DNA from: Cetorhinus maximus
Lineage: Eukaryota
Direction of reading: 5' to 3'
DNA: 64,000 nt
Assembly: GCF_964194155.1 (NCBI RefSeq)
Contig: NC_135895.1
Span: 67,394,001-67,458,000, forward strand
The position numbers were made by a program, and so were the translations under genes. Under the pieces are notes generated by a model, which did not search any database, was not told the origin of the DNA, and worked only from the letters and a program-made list of their open reading frames with translations. Below, piece by piece: positions 25,031 to 38,094 of the stretch. Every line of letters starts with the position of its first letter. The stretch's first letter is position 1.

Positions 25031-26189
25031 CTCCGAGGTGGAAGTGATAAGATACTTATGCAATGAGAACTGAGCACACATTGTACCAAAGCTAAAGTGA
25101 TGAATACAGTATATACAGTTGTGGAATTTATTAAACCACGTGGGGGTACTGATCCCTTTGCCTGAATTCCTATTATGCACCCCCATTGTGCTAATTTGTA
25201 AAAACTACCCTGTATTTTATATATTCAAAGAGAAGCTTTAGTTGCAGGTATTTGCTTCTGTAGAACAACAGCGTGGTCTTGTGGTGTAGGGTAAATTGCT
25301 AAAACATTGTTATCTAACACTGGGCCATTTTTATTCTGGAATAATCCCATCTAACCTGGCTGCTTAATCAGTCAGCTTTAAGACATTGTCCTTATTATAG
25401 AATATACCCTAAAAGCATGAAATGAGTAACAACTGGTCAGCTCATCAGTGCCACAGTGGTGACAGCACCAATGATAGCCTATTATGGTGTCCCAGCCCTC
25501 AACAAATTTATTGCTTTAGTACCATCTGTGTCTCCAATATGCTACTTCCCTGTCTTCCTGTGTCTCCACTGCTTTGCTGTTGTAGATATTTGCTTCTTTG
25601 AAAATGGTGTTTTGCTACTTAATAACAGCAGGGAGCATATGAAATTTACTAGAACCATTTGCCTTGAATAAATTTGATGAGCTGAAGGATTTTCTTTATT
25701 TCCTGAAAATTAAAAATATAGTGTACAATGCAGTCTCAGAAATTTAAAAAAAAACTTATCTAAAATTATGCATGTTGGAAATAAGGCTTGCTGATTTCTG
25801 TGCTTAAATTCCCAGATTGAGGACCCTCTGCCTCAGTCTCTGGACCTGAGTGCCAAATTGTAGAATTGCTCCGTACCACCAGAAGGACTGCATTCATACC
25901 TCACTATGGTATGAATTAAACAGCAACTAAATACAAGTGTAGGTCGTTATTCCAGAAAATTGCATGTATTATACAATAAAAATCTTAACAGTCCTAGCTG
26001 TAGAAATTTAGACTGACACCTCACTGCAGTATTGCAAAAACGCTGCATCATTATATGTGTTGTCTTTTGAATCAGATGTAATACAGGATCAGTCTGCTTG
26101 TCCAGGTGAACAGAAAAAAATCTCAAGCCACTTTTCAAAGATCCATGGTCAACATTCATCTCTCAATCTGCAGCATAAGAAGTAGATTA

Positions 26190-26340
26190 ACTGGTCGTGT
26201 ATCTGATTACAGTTTGTGGGCTCTTGTGTGCAAAACACGCTGCTCCATTTGTCTACATGACAGTAACTAGTGTTTAAAAGTAATTAATTGGCTCTGAATC
26301 ATTTTGGGACATTTTGAGATTTGAAAGTCACTTTGTGAAT
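26190..26340 (+). mobile_element. Deu-type SINE 3' remnant
   Basis: CAGTTTGTGGG..TGTGCAAA..ATTGGCT..TTTGGGACAT, as in the other copies. Confidence 0.5.
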
Positions 26341-26394
26341 TGAAGTACTTCCTTACGTGGAGGCACAATGTATAAGTATAGAATGTAAAGTAGA

Positions 26395-26640
26395 GCAACA
26401 ACTTGCATTTATATACCATCTTTAACAAAAAGGAACTCTCCAAGCTCACATTATAAATAGAAATGAATAGGGAAACTGACACATGGAGGGAGAGATTAGG
26501 AGGGGAGGCATTCAGCTTGGCCAAAAGATGGGGTTTGATAAGATTTTTAAGGGTGGAGTGAGGTGGAGATGTTTGGGAAAGAAGTTCCAGAAAATGGGGT
26601 CAGGGCTGCTGAACTGTATGCCACTAATGTTGAGAATCCA
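26395..26640 (-). mobile_element. L2 LINE 3' tail remnant
   Basis: ACAACTTGCATTTATATA start and GGGAAAGAAGTTCCAG, typical of the L2 tail read antisense. Confidence 0.55.
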
Positions 26641-28009
26641 GTGCTGCATTTAAAAACAAGCAATTATTATAGAATTCATGCAACAAAAAACATCCCAGAA
26701 TAAGGGAAGCTGTAAAATTAAAGCAGTAAAGAAAGCTCATGTAAACCAGTTTCACCTGACATTACTTGTAAGTGTGATAATTCAACAGATTGTTACTTTC
26801 CATTGATCAGCTTTTTTTTTACTGTCAATACATCCCCATTTGTTTCATATCTAAAAACATCACTGTCATTCTTGTTGGTAATTATTCTTGTTGCACATTG
26901 ATTGTATTAGAATTTTCTTGCTGTACCAGTGTGATAGGGTTATTTGTGGTTTCTAAAGAATGGAAATTTAGTGCTTTTGCACATAATCAGTGATTGGCAA
27001 ATCCTTACGATCTGCAAGTGGTCCTTTGTTTTATGCTCTATCAGCAATTATTCTATCTGTTGGAATCTGGAATTCGATTATTTAAAATCAGTTAATGGAT
27101 CAATTTTAAAGAAATCATTTTGCTTATTTCCTTCAAATATCAGCAATACCAATTTGAGTAGGTATTACATACAGGAATTAAACAACCAATCTCTTTTGGG
27201 GCAAATTTTTTAATGTTCTGCTAAATTCTCTTTATAAATCCCCAATGTGATATTTATGGTCTATATATGTTGCAATATTGCATTATAGGAACTACATAAA
27301 GATATTCACACACAAATTAGACAGACCTCTTCTGTACCTCACTGATCTGCAAAGATGCAGACAAATTACCTTAGGTTTTAATCATGCACAGTCTCCAATG
27401 TATGTACACATTATACTGGCAACATCAAGGCAGCAGCATATTCCACATCCAAGCATTACGTGAATTTAACAGAAACATAGAAAATAGAAGCAGGAGTAGG
27501 TAATTCGGCCCTTCAAACCTGCTCCACCATTTAATATGATCATGGCTGATCCCCTTTCTCAACGCCGTACTCCTGCTCTTTCCCCATACCCCTTGACACC
27601 TTTAGAGTCCAGAAATCTATCAATTTCCTTCTTAAATATATTCAGTGACTTGGCCTCCATAGCCTTCTGTGGTGGGGAATTCCACAGATTCACCATCCTC
27701 TGAGTGAAGAAGTTTCTCCTCATCTCAGTCCTAAATGGCCTACCCCCTATCCTGAGACTGTGACCCCTTGTTCTAGACCCCCCAGCCAGAGAAAACATCA
27801 TCCCTGCATCCAGTCTGTCCAACCCTGTCAGAATTTTATACATTTCAATGAGACCCCTTTCATTCATCTAAACCCCAGTGAATACAGGCCTCCTCATACG
27901 ACAATCTTGCCTTCCCAGGAAGCAGCCTGGTGAACCTTCGCTGCATTCCTTCTATGGCAAGTATATCCTTTCTTAGGTAATGAGACCAAAACTGCACCTA
28001 TTACTCCAG

Positions 28010-30831
28010 GGCCTGAATTTCACACTTGGCATGTGCGCCAAGTCAGCCGGAGGGGAAGTGGATGTGGAATCCACTCCCAGCCCCTGTCACGTTGCAAACG
28101 CAATTTCATGCTGAATGGCCAACTAAGGTCTGCCCAGCGTGAAAGGCACCCTTTCAATGTTCGGGAAGGGCCGGATGGGGGCGGGAGCCTGTCGGGCACC
28201 AGGTCCAATGGCGACCCGGTGGGTGCTTTAAAACTGGCAGAGGCAGCTCCCTGAAGGCTGCCAGGGGAAAATCTCTGGAGTCTGCCCAGGAGACTGGAAC
28301 AATGGCCTTACCAGTGGTTGAAAACGTCAGTTGATCTTCCTGGATAAATTCTCCAGTAACATACCAAAATGCTTCTGTACCCTTGGTGAATTCCAAAGAT
28401 CAAGAATTTTCTCAGTGCAGCTCTCACTCTGCTGCCATGCCTCTTGCTGGAGGTGTGGCAGAAATTCTATTTCTTCCCTTTGAATAATTCCTCCTTCATG
28501 TCTTTTCCTAGGTTGCCATATTCTCCATTTTACCACCAAAACATTACAAATCCCTTTTGTACAGGCTTGCTTCTATTTGTTAGAACAGAAAATTTGAATA
28601 ATTCCTCAATTAACTTATTGTAGTAAGTTATACTCTGGTGAAATTAAATCTTTGGTTTAGTCATTCGGCCATTGGTTAATGAAGTAAAGGTAACTACAGT
28701 GCCTTTACTCTCAAGATATTTTTCCCATGAAGTTTAAGGATGAATAAAAGATTGAGTTTGGTTTCACCTGTTTACCTTAGGCATGGAGGCTTCTGTTCTG
28801 CCATGTTTTCTTAATATGTTTACTGGTGTGACCATTAACACCAGATATTGTTATGTTCAATTCACGTGAGCGCCAACATGATATAAATTTTTCTTTTGTC
28901 TTAATGGCCTGAGTATGTTTCACTTGTTTTGTAGGTGCAGGGCATGCCAGTAACTAATGCTGGCTCTAAACTTCATTGCACAGGCACTGAATGGACTTTG
29001 GGTTCAAAGGAAAGGGTCATTTCAAACTTCCGCGATGGAGGCGGCACCCCTGGCATGAGGTGGAAGTAGATCTTTGGCAGCCTAGCTGAAGGATCGTTGG
29101 ATCAAGGCATCCCTAGTGTCGCTGCCTCAGTGGATTTACAGAGATCTGCCTCCACATCCTCTCTGTGCTCCTCACTGGGCTCCTCTTCTGACCCACTACA
29201 GGATTCATCCTCTGTGGCTTGTGGAGCTGCCTCAAGATCCTCTTTCTCCATTGGGTTCCCCGTTGCCAGAGCCAGATTGTGGAGAGCGCAGCATGCAACC
29301 ACGATCACTGACATCCACTCTGGGGGGTACTGCAGTGCTCCCCCTGAACAGTCCAGGCATCGGAAGTGTATCTTCAGAAGACCTATGGTCCTTTCTATAA
29401 CCACCCTTGTGAAGGCATGACTCCTACTATAACACTGCTCTGCCTCTGTTCTTGGGTAGTGGAGAGACAACGTAAGCCACCTTTTCAAGGGATAGCCCTT
29501 GTCACACAGCAGCCACCCATCCAGTCGAGCAGAAGCAGTGAATAGCCTTGGCACCTGTGACTGTCTGAGGATATAAGCATCATAGGAGCTGCCAGGGTAC
29601 CTTGCACAGACTTGCAGAATCTGCGTCTTGTGGTCACAAACTATCTGGACGTTCATTGAGTGGAATCCCTTCCTGTTGACGAAGGCACTGGGCTGACTCG
29701 TTGGTGCCTTGATGACCACATGTGTGCAGTCGATGGCACCCTGGACACAGGAGAGCCCAGCAATCACTGCAAAGCCTCTGGCTTGTTCTGCCTGGCTGGC
29801 CTCGTCCATACAGAAATGAAGGAAAGTCAATACCTGCCTGAACAGAGCTTCTGTCACCAGCTTGATGCAAATGTGGACAGTTGATTGGGACACGCCACAC
29901 AGATCCCCCACTGAGCCCTGAAAAGAGCTGGATGCATAGAAGTTGAGGGCCACTGTGACCTTCAGAGCCACTGGCATGGAGTGTCCACCCACACAGTCGG
30001 AGTTGATCTCAGGCCTGATCATCTGGCAAATGGAGGTCACTGTCTCCCTGGAGAGACAGAGCCTCCTTCAGCATTGCACCTCGGACATGTTGAGGTAGCT
30101 GCATTGCTGCCTGTAAACTCTGGCTGCAGGATAGTGACGCCTTCTGTGGCCCCTTCCGCCTTGGACTTCCTGCTGATCCTGTGTCCCTTGTGCCTGCGCC
30201 TCTCCTCCATTAGGTCGCTCCCCTGCAAATTGCATTAGGATACCTGGCCTCCTCTCCCTTCTGCCCCCCTCTTTCTCCTCAGAGGAGGTGCCATCAGCAG
30301 AGAGCACAATCCCCAAATACCAAGGTTACAGAAGGCTGTCTGGTGCCTGGAAGGGTCCACACGGTCAAAATCCTCTGGGGGCCTTGGAGACTCCAGAGTC
30401 CTGAAATGAAGCCTAGAAATGCCAAGACTGAAGCTCAGAACAGGGATGAAGCTGTCAAGTTCAAATAAGCAAGCAGCAGCAAACTATCTCCTAAACACCT
30501 CACCACTCACAATGGCAATGCTGCAGACCCATTTTATCCCGTCCTTGGATGAGGTTTTGTTAAAAGTGGGCTGCCCGCCCACCTGTTTTGCCCTTGTGAC
30601 AAGCGTGAAATCACGCGGGCAACGTAAAATCGAGTACAGTTGGCTTTTTAATGGCCTTAAGTGGCACTTTGATTGCTGACGGGGGCGTGTCTGACACCCA
30701 TGCGCGCCTGCTGACCTGAAGATTGCTCGCGTGCGGAATGATGTCAGGACGCTCACCTGATGTCATCTCGTGCTATTCCACGCCCGTTTGGGTCAGGCGC
30801 ACACCCGCCCACGAGACATAAAATTCTGATG
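28010..30831 (-). mobile_element. Harbinger transposon, transposase-only, with internal cargo; CAG TSD
   Basis: Ends GGCCTGAATTT and AAATTCTGATG; CAG at 28007-28009 and 30832-30834; host CR1 is contiguous across the site. Confidence 0.85.
29102..30316 (-). pseudogene. PIF/Harbinger DDE transposase (HARBI1-like), about 400 codons, one in-frame TGA at 30068-30070
   Basis: ORFs 30068-30316 and 29102-30040 share a frame. Motifs VALNFYASSSFQ, GAIDCTHV, NRKGFHSMNVQIVCD, YPGSSYD, LCDKGYP, RVVIERTIGLLK, CCALHNL. Confidence 0.92.
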
Positions 30832-31040
30832 CAGGCGTGGTCTCACCAAGGCCCTGCAGAGCTGCAGTAAGATTTCCTTGCTCCTGTACTCGAGTCCTTT
30901 CACAATGAAGGCCAACGTACCATTTGCCTTCTTAGTTGCTTGCTGCACCTGCATGCTTGCTTTCAGTGATTGGTGTACAAGGACACCCAGGTCCCTTTGT
31001 AAATCAACATTTCCCAATCTATCACCATTTAAATAATACT

Positions 31041-31227
31041 GGGCAGAATTTTGCCCTTGTCGGGCAGGCTCGGCGGGGGCAGGCAGGGGCGGTCAGGAAG
31101 CACCTGCTGACTGAACTATTGTGCGACAGCGCATTGACATCGGGACACTCGCCCGACATCATCGTGTGTCACTTCACACTCGAGCAGGTCGGGGGCACAT
31201 CCGCCCGCCAAGGTGAAAATTCTGCCT
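31041..31227. mobile_element. 187-bp Harbinger MITE, ACT TSD
   Basis: GGGCAGAATTTT ... AAAATTCTGCCT, flanked by ACT on both sides, inside CR1. Confidence 0.88.
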
Positions 31228-33050
31228 ACTCTGCCATTCTGCTTTTCCTACCGAAGTGGATAATTTCACACTTATCCACCTTATACTGTATCTGCCATGT
31301 ATTTGCTCACTCACTCAACCTGTCTAAATCGCCTTGAAGCCTCTTAACATCCTCCTCACCACTCAAATTCCCACCAAGTTTTGTGTCGTCAGCAAACTTG
31401 GAAGTATTACATTTGGTTCTCTCATCCAAATCATTGATATATTGTGATTAGCTGGGGCCCAAGCACTGATCCATGCGGTACCCACTAGTCATTGCCAGCC
31501 ACTTTGAAAAAGACCCACTTATTCCTACTCTCTGTTTCCTGTCTGCTAACCAATTCTCAATCCATGCCAATATATTACCCCAATTCCATGTGCTTTAATT
31601 TTACATGCTAACCTCTTATGTGGGACTTTATCAAAAGCTTTCTGAAAATCCAATTACACCACATCCACTAGTTCTCCCTTATCTATTCTGCTAGTTACAT
31701 CCTCAAAATACATCCATGTTGACTTTGTTTAATCCCATTGATATTTTTCTAAGGGTCCTGTTATCACATCCTTTATAGCAGACTTTCGTATTTTCCCTAC
31801 ATCTGATGTTAGGCTAACCAGTCTATAATTCCTTGTTTTCTCCTTCCCATCTTTTTTAAATCGTGGGGTTACATTTGCCACCCTCCAATCTGCCAGGACT
31901 GTTCCAGAATCTACAGAATTTTAGAAGATACAACCAACACATCCACTATTTCCATGGCCACCTCCTTTAGTACCCTGGAATGTAGATTGTCAGGCTCTGG
32001 GGATTTATCAGCTTTCAGTCCCATTAACTTCTCCAGCACTACTGTTTTAGTAATACTAATTTCCTTCCATTCCTCTTTCTCACTAGACCCTTAGTGCCCT
32101 AGCATTTCTGGGAAGTTATCTGTGTCTTCCTCTGTGAAGACACAACTAGAGTAGTTGTTTAATTGCTCTGCCATTTCCTTGTTCTCAGTTATACATTCTC
32201 CCATGTCGGACTGTAAGGGACCTACATTTGTCTTCATAATCTTTTTCTTTTTATATATACTTATAGAAGCTTTTACAGTCTGCTTTTATGTTCCTTGTAA
32301 GTTTACTCTCGTACTCTATTTTTCGAGTCTTAATCAATCTATTGGTCCTACTTTGCTGAATTCTAAACTGCTCCAAATCCTCAGGCTTGCTACTTTGTCA
32401 AGCAACTTTATGTGACTCTTCTTTGGATCTAATACTATCCTTAATTTCTTTTGTTAGCCATGGTTGGGCCATTTTTCCTGTCCTGTTTTTGTACCAGAAA
32501 GGAACGTATAACTGTTGCAATGCATACATTTGTCCTTAAATATTAGCCATTGTCTATCCACCGTCATGCCTTTTAATGAAGTTTCCCAATCTATCTTAGC
32601 CAACTCATGCCTCATACCTTCGTAGTTTCCTTTGTTTAGATTTAGGACCCTAGTTTAAGATCAAACTACTTCATTTTCCATCCTAATGAAGAATTCTATC
32701 ATATTATGGTCACTGTTCCCTAAAGGACCCCACATAACAAAATGATTAATTAACTCCTTTCCATTGCACAATACCAAATCAAGGATAGCCTGTTCCCTTG
32801 TTGGTTCCTTGACATACTGGTCTAAAAAACCGTCTTGTACACACTCCAGGAATTCATCCACCACAGTATTATTACTAATTTGATTTTCCTAGTCTATATG
32901 TAGATTCAAGTCATCCATGATTACTGTAGCACCCTTGTTACATGCATCTCCATTTCCTGTTTAATGCAGTTCCCTACCTTACCATCACTGTTTAGAGGCC
33001 TATCGACAACTCCCACTAATGTTTTCCACCCCTTGTTGGATACATACAAT

Positions 33051-33734
33051 GGCCAGAAATTTTAGCTCATCAGGCGGGCGTGCGCCCGACCCAAACGAGC
33101 ATAAAATGACGCACGATGACATCGGGCGAGTGTCCCGACATCATCACGCGATAATTTTAGTCGTCGGGCGCTGCATGAGTCAGCAGCGCACCCGCCAACA
33201 ACTAAAAGGCCTACTAAGGCCATTAACAATCTAATTGATACAAATTTTTTGTAGCCTGTCCAACTTTACAGTTGGCGGGCAGGCGAAAAGGCCAGGCGGC
33301 CTTTGCATTTTTGCGAAACCTCATCCACGGGTGGGATGAGGTTTCGATCCGTCATTAAAAAACATTTTTAAATTTCATCCTAATTTCTAACATGTCCCCA
33401 CTCATGTGATACTGTCCCATGAGGGGACATGTTTTTTAACACCTTAAAATTCTTTATTTATTTTATATCTTCATCTCGCTGAGGCAGCTCTGTGCCTCAG
33501 GGAGATTTTCCAGCACGCGTTTGCATGCATGCACGAACTTGTGCACTCACCCTCCTCCCCCTCACCCCACACAGGCAGCACTGAGCACTGCAGCACGCGT
33601 TTCACTCTGGGCGGGCCTTAATTGGCTCAACAGCGTGAAATCATTGTCCAGCCCCAATTGCACATGACGGTTGGCTTCCCGACCTCTCCTGCCCACCCCC
33701 GCCGAGCCCGCCCGACGAGAGAAAAATCCTGCCC
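33051..33734. mobile_element. Harbinger MITE (~685 bp), AAT TSD
   Basis: GGCCAGAAATTTT ... AAAAATCCTGCCC; AAT on both sides; internal hairpins. Confidence 0.88.
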
Positions 33735-34669
33735 AATGAGTAAGGAAATGTGCATAAAAAGTTTAAAATTTAATCGGGAAGTATGTAGTATAATGAACAA
33801 TATCTGTGACTTTAAGCTACCGATTGCAACTTTGCTTTCTGCGCATAGTACCTTTTCCAACCATGGGACAAGATACCAGTCAATGAGTCCAATACCACAT
33901 AAATACAAAATTCAACCAACCATCAGCCAAATATTTTTTGTATCTTTGTACCCAGGAAATCCTGCTGCCTTCCCCAGGCATTGCCAAACCCATCTCTCTA
34001 GAAGGGTTTGCCAAATCTGGAGGCAGCAGTTGCTAAAGTTGGGTCTGCCATCTACAACAACAGATCAAAATAAATGGAGCATTAAACATTGCACAGTGAA
34101 GATTGGGGCTGTCTAGCAAATAATCAGTCACTGTTGATTATTATCTAACTCTGTTAGACTCCTTGCAATTTTTCTGAAAGAGACCACCATTTATTCTGAT
34201 GCAATATTTGAAGTTATAAGGTGGTGGTTAGGCACAACTACTAACAGTGTACCTGTTGGTTTTAATGATAAAAATTGCATCCCTTGTGAAACTCAAGGCA
34301 GGGATATTCTTGTAGTGTTACAGCTTAGCCTTTGCAAGGATTATTTTTCCTAAATATTGTCATCCCCATTAGACTACAGGGCACCATAATTATTATTATG
34401 TACTTCAGGGGGTATGACACAGAATTTTTCAAAGCATATTAAGTAAAAAATGATAAATTACAATAGGCAAGTAGACAAAAAAATAATATTTATGTTAGAC
34501 ATGGAAGTATGTATGGCAGGATAAGAGCCTAGAGTAATGTGTCATGCATGTGTGGACCTGCCTGGAATCAAGTGCCACCCAGGTTGATTATGTGTGTATG
34601 ACGCATCAAGGCTTCCATTCCTCAATCAGAAAGTTGCACAGTCAGTTGGACACGCTTGCAATATTGAAG

Positions 34670-35030
34670 TCTGTAAGATGATAAAGGGGATCCTATAGTG
34701 TAGATCCGGAGAAATTATTTTGTCCAGTGGAGGAATCCAGAATAAGCTAGTAAGAATAATCTAGCATGTTTAAATTAGAGTTGGGCCCTTTAGGAGTGAA
34801 ATAAGGAAGCATTTTTTCACACAAAGCCGTATTGGAAATCTGGAATTCTCTTGGCCCCACCTCCAAAGGCTGTGGATACAGTGTCAAATGAAATTTTCAA
34901 GACTGAAGCCGATTGTTTAGTTAGGTAAGGGTATCAGGGATATGGTGAAAAGGCAGGGAAATGGGAGTTGAGGACAGATCAGTCCTGAGCTAACCAAATG
35001 GCAGGACTGGCTCAAAGACAGCTTGGTCTC
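34670..35030 (+). mobile_element. CR1 3' remnant
   Basis: PFRSEIRKHFFTQ, IWNSL and tail. Confidence 0.7.
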
Positions 35031-36106
35031 CTGTAGGTCGTAGGTATGCGAAGAGTACTCACTTCTTAAAGTAAAAGAAAGAGGCAAGCAATCTGTACTA
35101 ATTTTCTCCTTTTTTGGCTATCATGTGTAGGAAATATTTTTTCATAAATAATGCTGTGGTTAGTCCATTGATCATTTTTTATATACACAAGGGCGGAGTG
35201 ACTAGGATCTGCAATTACGTTGTGCCAGTTGACAAAGTAAAATTGAGTAGGAACTATTCAGATAGGAATTTGCAACAGCATAAGTGTCACCAAACAACAG
35301 GAAGTAAAGTTTGTGGGTGTGAAGTGTGGTCTATGCAGATATTTAAATGATATATAAATATCACTATAAAGGATGGAATACTATTATGTAGTACATTGGA
35401 GCATCAAGCACATTGTGCCACAGCATTTGGATGTAATTCTGTTTCGCATGGGGGAGGGAAATTCAGAGTTATTTGTTGCCTGATCCCAGGGTATTACATC
35501 TAACTCATTTATGGAGGACTAGGAGCAGGTACTGCCTGGCCTGAGGAGACCAAGGGAAAATGGGAAGAAAAAATGGAATTCTTTCCCCCTGTCTCAATGT
35601 TCCACCTGGGTGTTACAGCACTTGGGCTAGGGAAAAAACAATCAGCTATATTTCCTTCTCATAATCGTTAGCAATTGGCTCTTGCTGGAAAGTGTCTGTG
35701 CCCCTTGGTGACAAAAATACGAGAGAATAATATTTCTTTAAATGCAGCTCTGGAAAAAATCCTCCATTCATGGCACAAAATTGGCTTTTATATCAGCTTG
35801 ATAACAGGTAACCATGATAACATGAAGGACTTCTCAGATTAACTGAAACAATTTTGGTCATTCAGCAGAGATGATTGGCCACCTGCAGCACTTTCTTCAA
35901 AATAATGTAAAGACGCAAACATAAGTCAGACGAAGTTGGACTCATCAGTGTTGGGATTGGAGCCTCAGGCTACAGAAAAAAAATGTGTTCCCATTTGAAT
36001 AAAAAATGACTACAAATGAATGTTTAATACAAATGCCATAGGTTAGAAGGTGCCCTTTCTAGCAAGGCTAGATTCACAGCTGAGTCCAGTCTTTCTTTAA
36101 CTCTTC

Positions 36107-37608
36107 GGGCAGAATTTAGCCCATGTCAGGCGGGCTCGGCGGGGGTGGGCAGGTGTGGGCGGGAAGCCGACTGCCCCCCACGATTGGGGCCGGACCACGA
36201 TTTCACGCTGGCAGGCCAATTAAGGCCCACCTGTCATGAAGCTATTAATGTATATAATATTATTGGAAAATATTTTTCTTTTTAAAATAGAGGTTTAGTC
36301 TGTGGGTGTGAATTGGATTAAAGCCAGCTTGTCTGAGTGCTTTGCTGTGTACTAGTTTTGAGATGTAAGAGAGGTCGAGTGTATTTACATTTTTTGAATG
36401 GACCATTCAAGAAGACGAGTGAAATCTAGCACCTGGTGAGCAGGGACCAAACAATGTTTATATTACTAATAAAATTGGTACTATGAAAGGGGTTTTATTG
36501 TTAGAAGAGGCTGGTGATACAATGAGAATTTACATTCAATGAGGTGTACTAGGTTTAAGGATGGCAGGTTGGTATATGAAGGGCAGAGGCGATGTAAGAT
36601 CAAAGTAGCTGTAAGCCTACAACTGTCTCCACAGGAACCAAAATGAAAGGAACCTCATTTTGGATTTGTAAGGTGAAAATGCTTTGCCTGGTGACTCGTT
36701 AAGTCTATGGGTTTCCGTTGCCTTAATGGAGATTAGCTTGGGAATTTGGTATAAGTTATGACAGTAGTAATTTATAGCCATGCGTATATATTTGACTTGT
36801 GTAAGTTAATAAAATGTTTCATTTAGTTTAATATAAAGCCTCTTGAGAACTGGTAGTCTGATTCCTGAATTTAGAGTTGCATCTCAAACATACCATTTAA
36901 AAATATAGATTATAAAAATATAGAAATATAGATTAAACTATAGACAGTTGTTTAAAGTTTTCCTTTGGGATTTTTAAATAACTCAGCTTAAGAAACTGCT
37001 GTCCCATAACACCGCCCATGTGAAATGCGAGCGGCAGCGCTCAGTGCTGCCTGTGCCAGGGTTGGGGGGGGGGGGGGGGGGGGGCGGGGGTGGAGGAGAG
37101 CGAGTAGGACGAGCGTGAACTTCGCCCATGCGTGCGAATGCGCGCTTCATAATCTCCCTGAGGCACTGAGCTGCCTCAGGAAGATGAAGAGGTGTAAAAA
37201 TATAAGAAAGAAAATAAAAATATAATGAAACATGTCCCCTCATGTGACGCTGTCACATGAGCAGGAACATGTTATTAATTCAATTATAAAACTTATTTTA
37301 TTTTTATTTGCTTTTGGAAACCTCATCCTGCCCATGGATGAGGTTTCCAGAAAAATTGGCCTTTTTGCCTGCCCGCCAACCATAAGGTTAGATGGGCAGC
37401 GAAAAATTTAAGCTAATTGATTCTTTAAGGGCCTTAACAAGCCTTTTAATTGTTAGCGGGCGCGCTGCTGACTCTGGCACATGCCCACTGACTGAACTAT
37501 CGTGCGACTGCGCATTAACGTCGACACACTAGGCTGACATCAACGCGCGTCATTTCACACTCGTGCAGGTCGGGCTCGTGCCTGCCCACCGAGCTAGACA
37601 GTTTACCC
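36107..37608. mobile_element. Harbinger MITE split by a solo LTR
   Basis: GGGCAGAATTTAGC ... CAGTTTACCC; flanks TTC/ATC; inverted relative of 33051-33734. Confidence 0.82.
36232..37011 (+). mobile_element. Solo LTR (780 bp), 5-bp TSD
   Basis: TGTCATG ... CATAACA termini; CCACC/CCGCC flanks; AATAAA near 36808; MITE sequence resumes on both sides. Confidence 0.82.
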
Positions 37609-38094
37609 ATCATAATTGCTCATTTCAGTCATTTTAAAGAGTCAAAACATGTCACATGATATTGCAACCCTTCATATGACTGAATGAAAAGGTTTTAGTA
37701 GATAATAACTTTGTTCATAATCTGTAGTTATTTAAAAGAATTAGTTCAATTGAGTGATCATTTGCCAAAATTCTGAGGATAGCCCTTTTGGAATCATAGC
37801 TGAATATACATTTGTTATACTGCTACATTAACCTATATTTTTATCAGGAATAATATCAAGTGGAAAATGGGTCCCATTGTTCAAAACTCAAAGGAAAACA
37901 TTCAGTTAAATTAAAGTTCTTTAAAAACCATAATTTGAACTGTGACATGGCTTCATAAGCTGGTTTAAACCTGTTAGCCTGAACTGAGGAATGTCGGTGG
38001 AGAACTGGGAGGTTATTAAATTAACTCTGAAGTGATGAGTGCTTTATATTAGTGGTACTTCTAATTGAAATTTGATGCTCAGTTTGAGTTCTGC

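Larger units (their letters stand above)
27470..33035 (-). mobile_element. Long CR1 (HER1-type) LINE ORF2 remnant, interrupted by two Harbinger insertions
   Basis: EFLECVQDGFLDQYVKEPTREQAILDLVL..GNSDHNMIEF (EN), LFADDTKLGG (~31370-31400), QRDLGVLVH, TRGHSLRI, tail at 27470. Confidence 0.92.

Noticed and set aside
28312-28572. Faint resemblance of the cargo peptide to the SAMD9 C-terminus
   Set aside because: Only a few residues match and frameshifts are needed; no identity assigned.
29102-30040. Host HARBI1 gene
   Set aside because: It lies between TIRs with a TSD inside a CR1 and has an upstream in-frame stop.
37063-37092. Long G run, also a C run at ~21054-21073
   Set aside because: Homopolymer expansions inside TEs; lengths are unreliable in assemblies.
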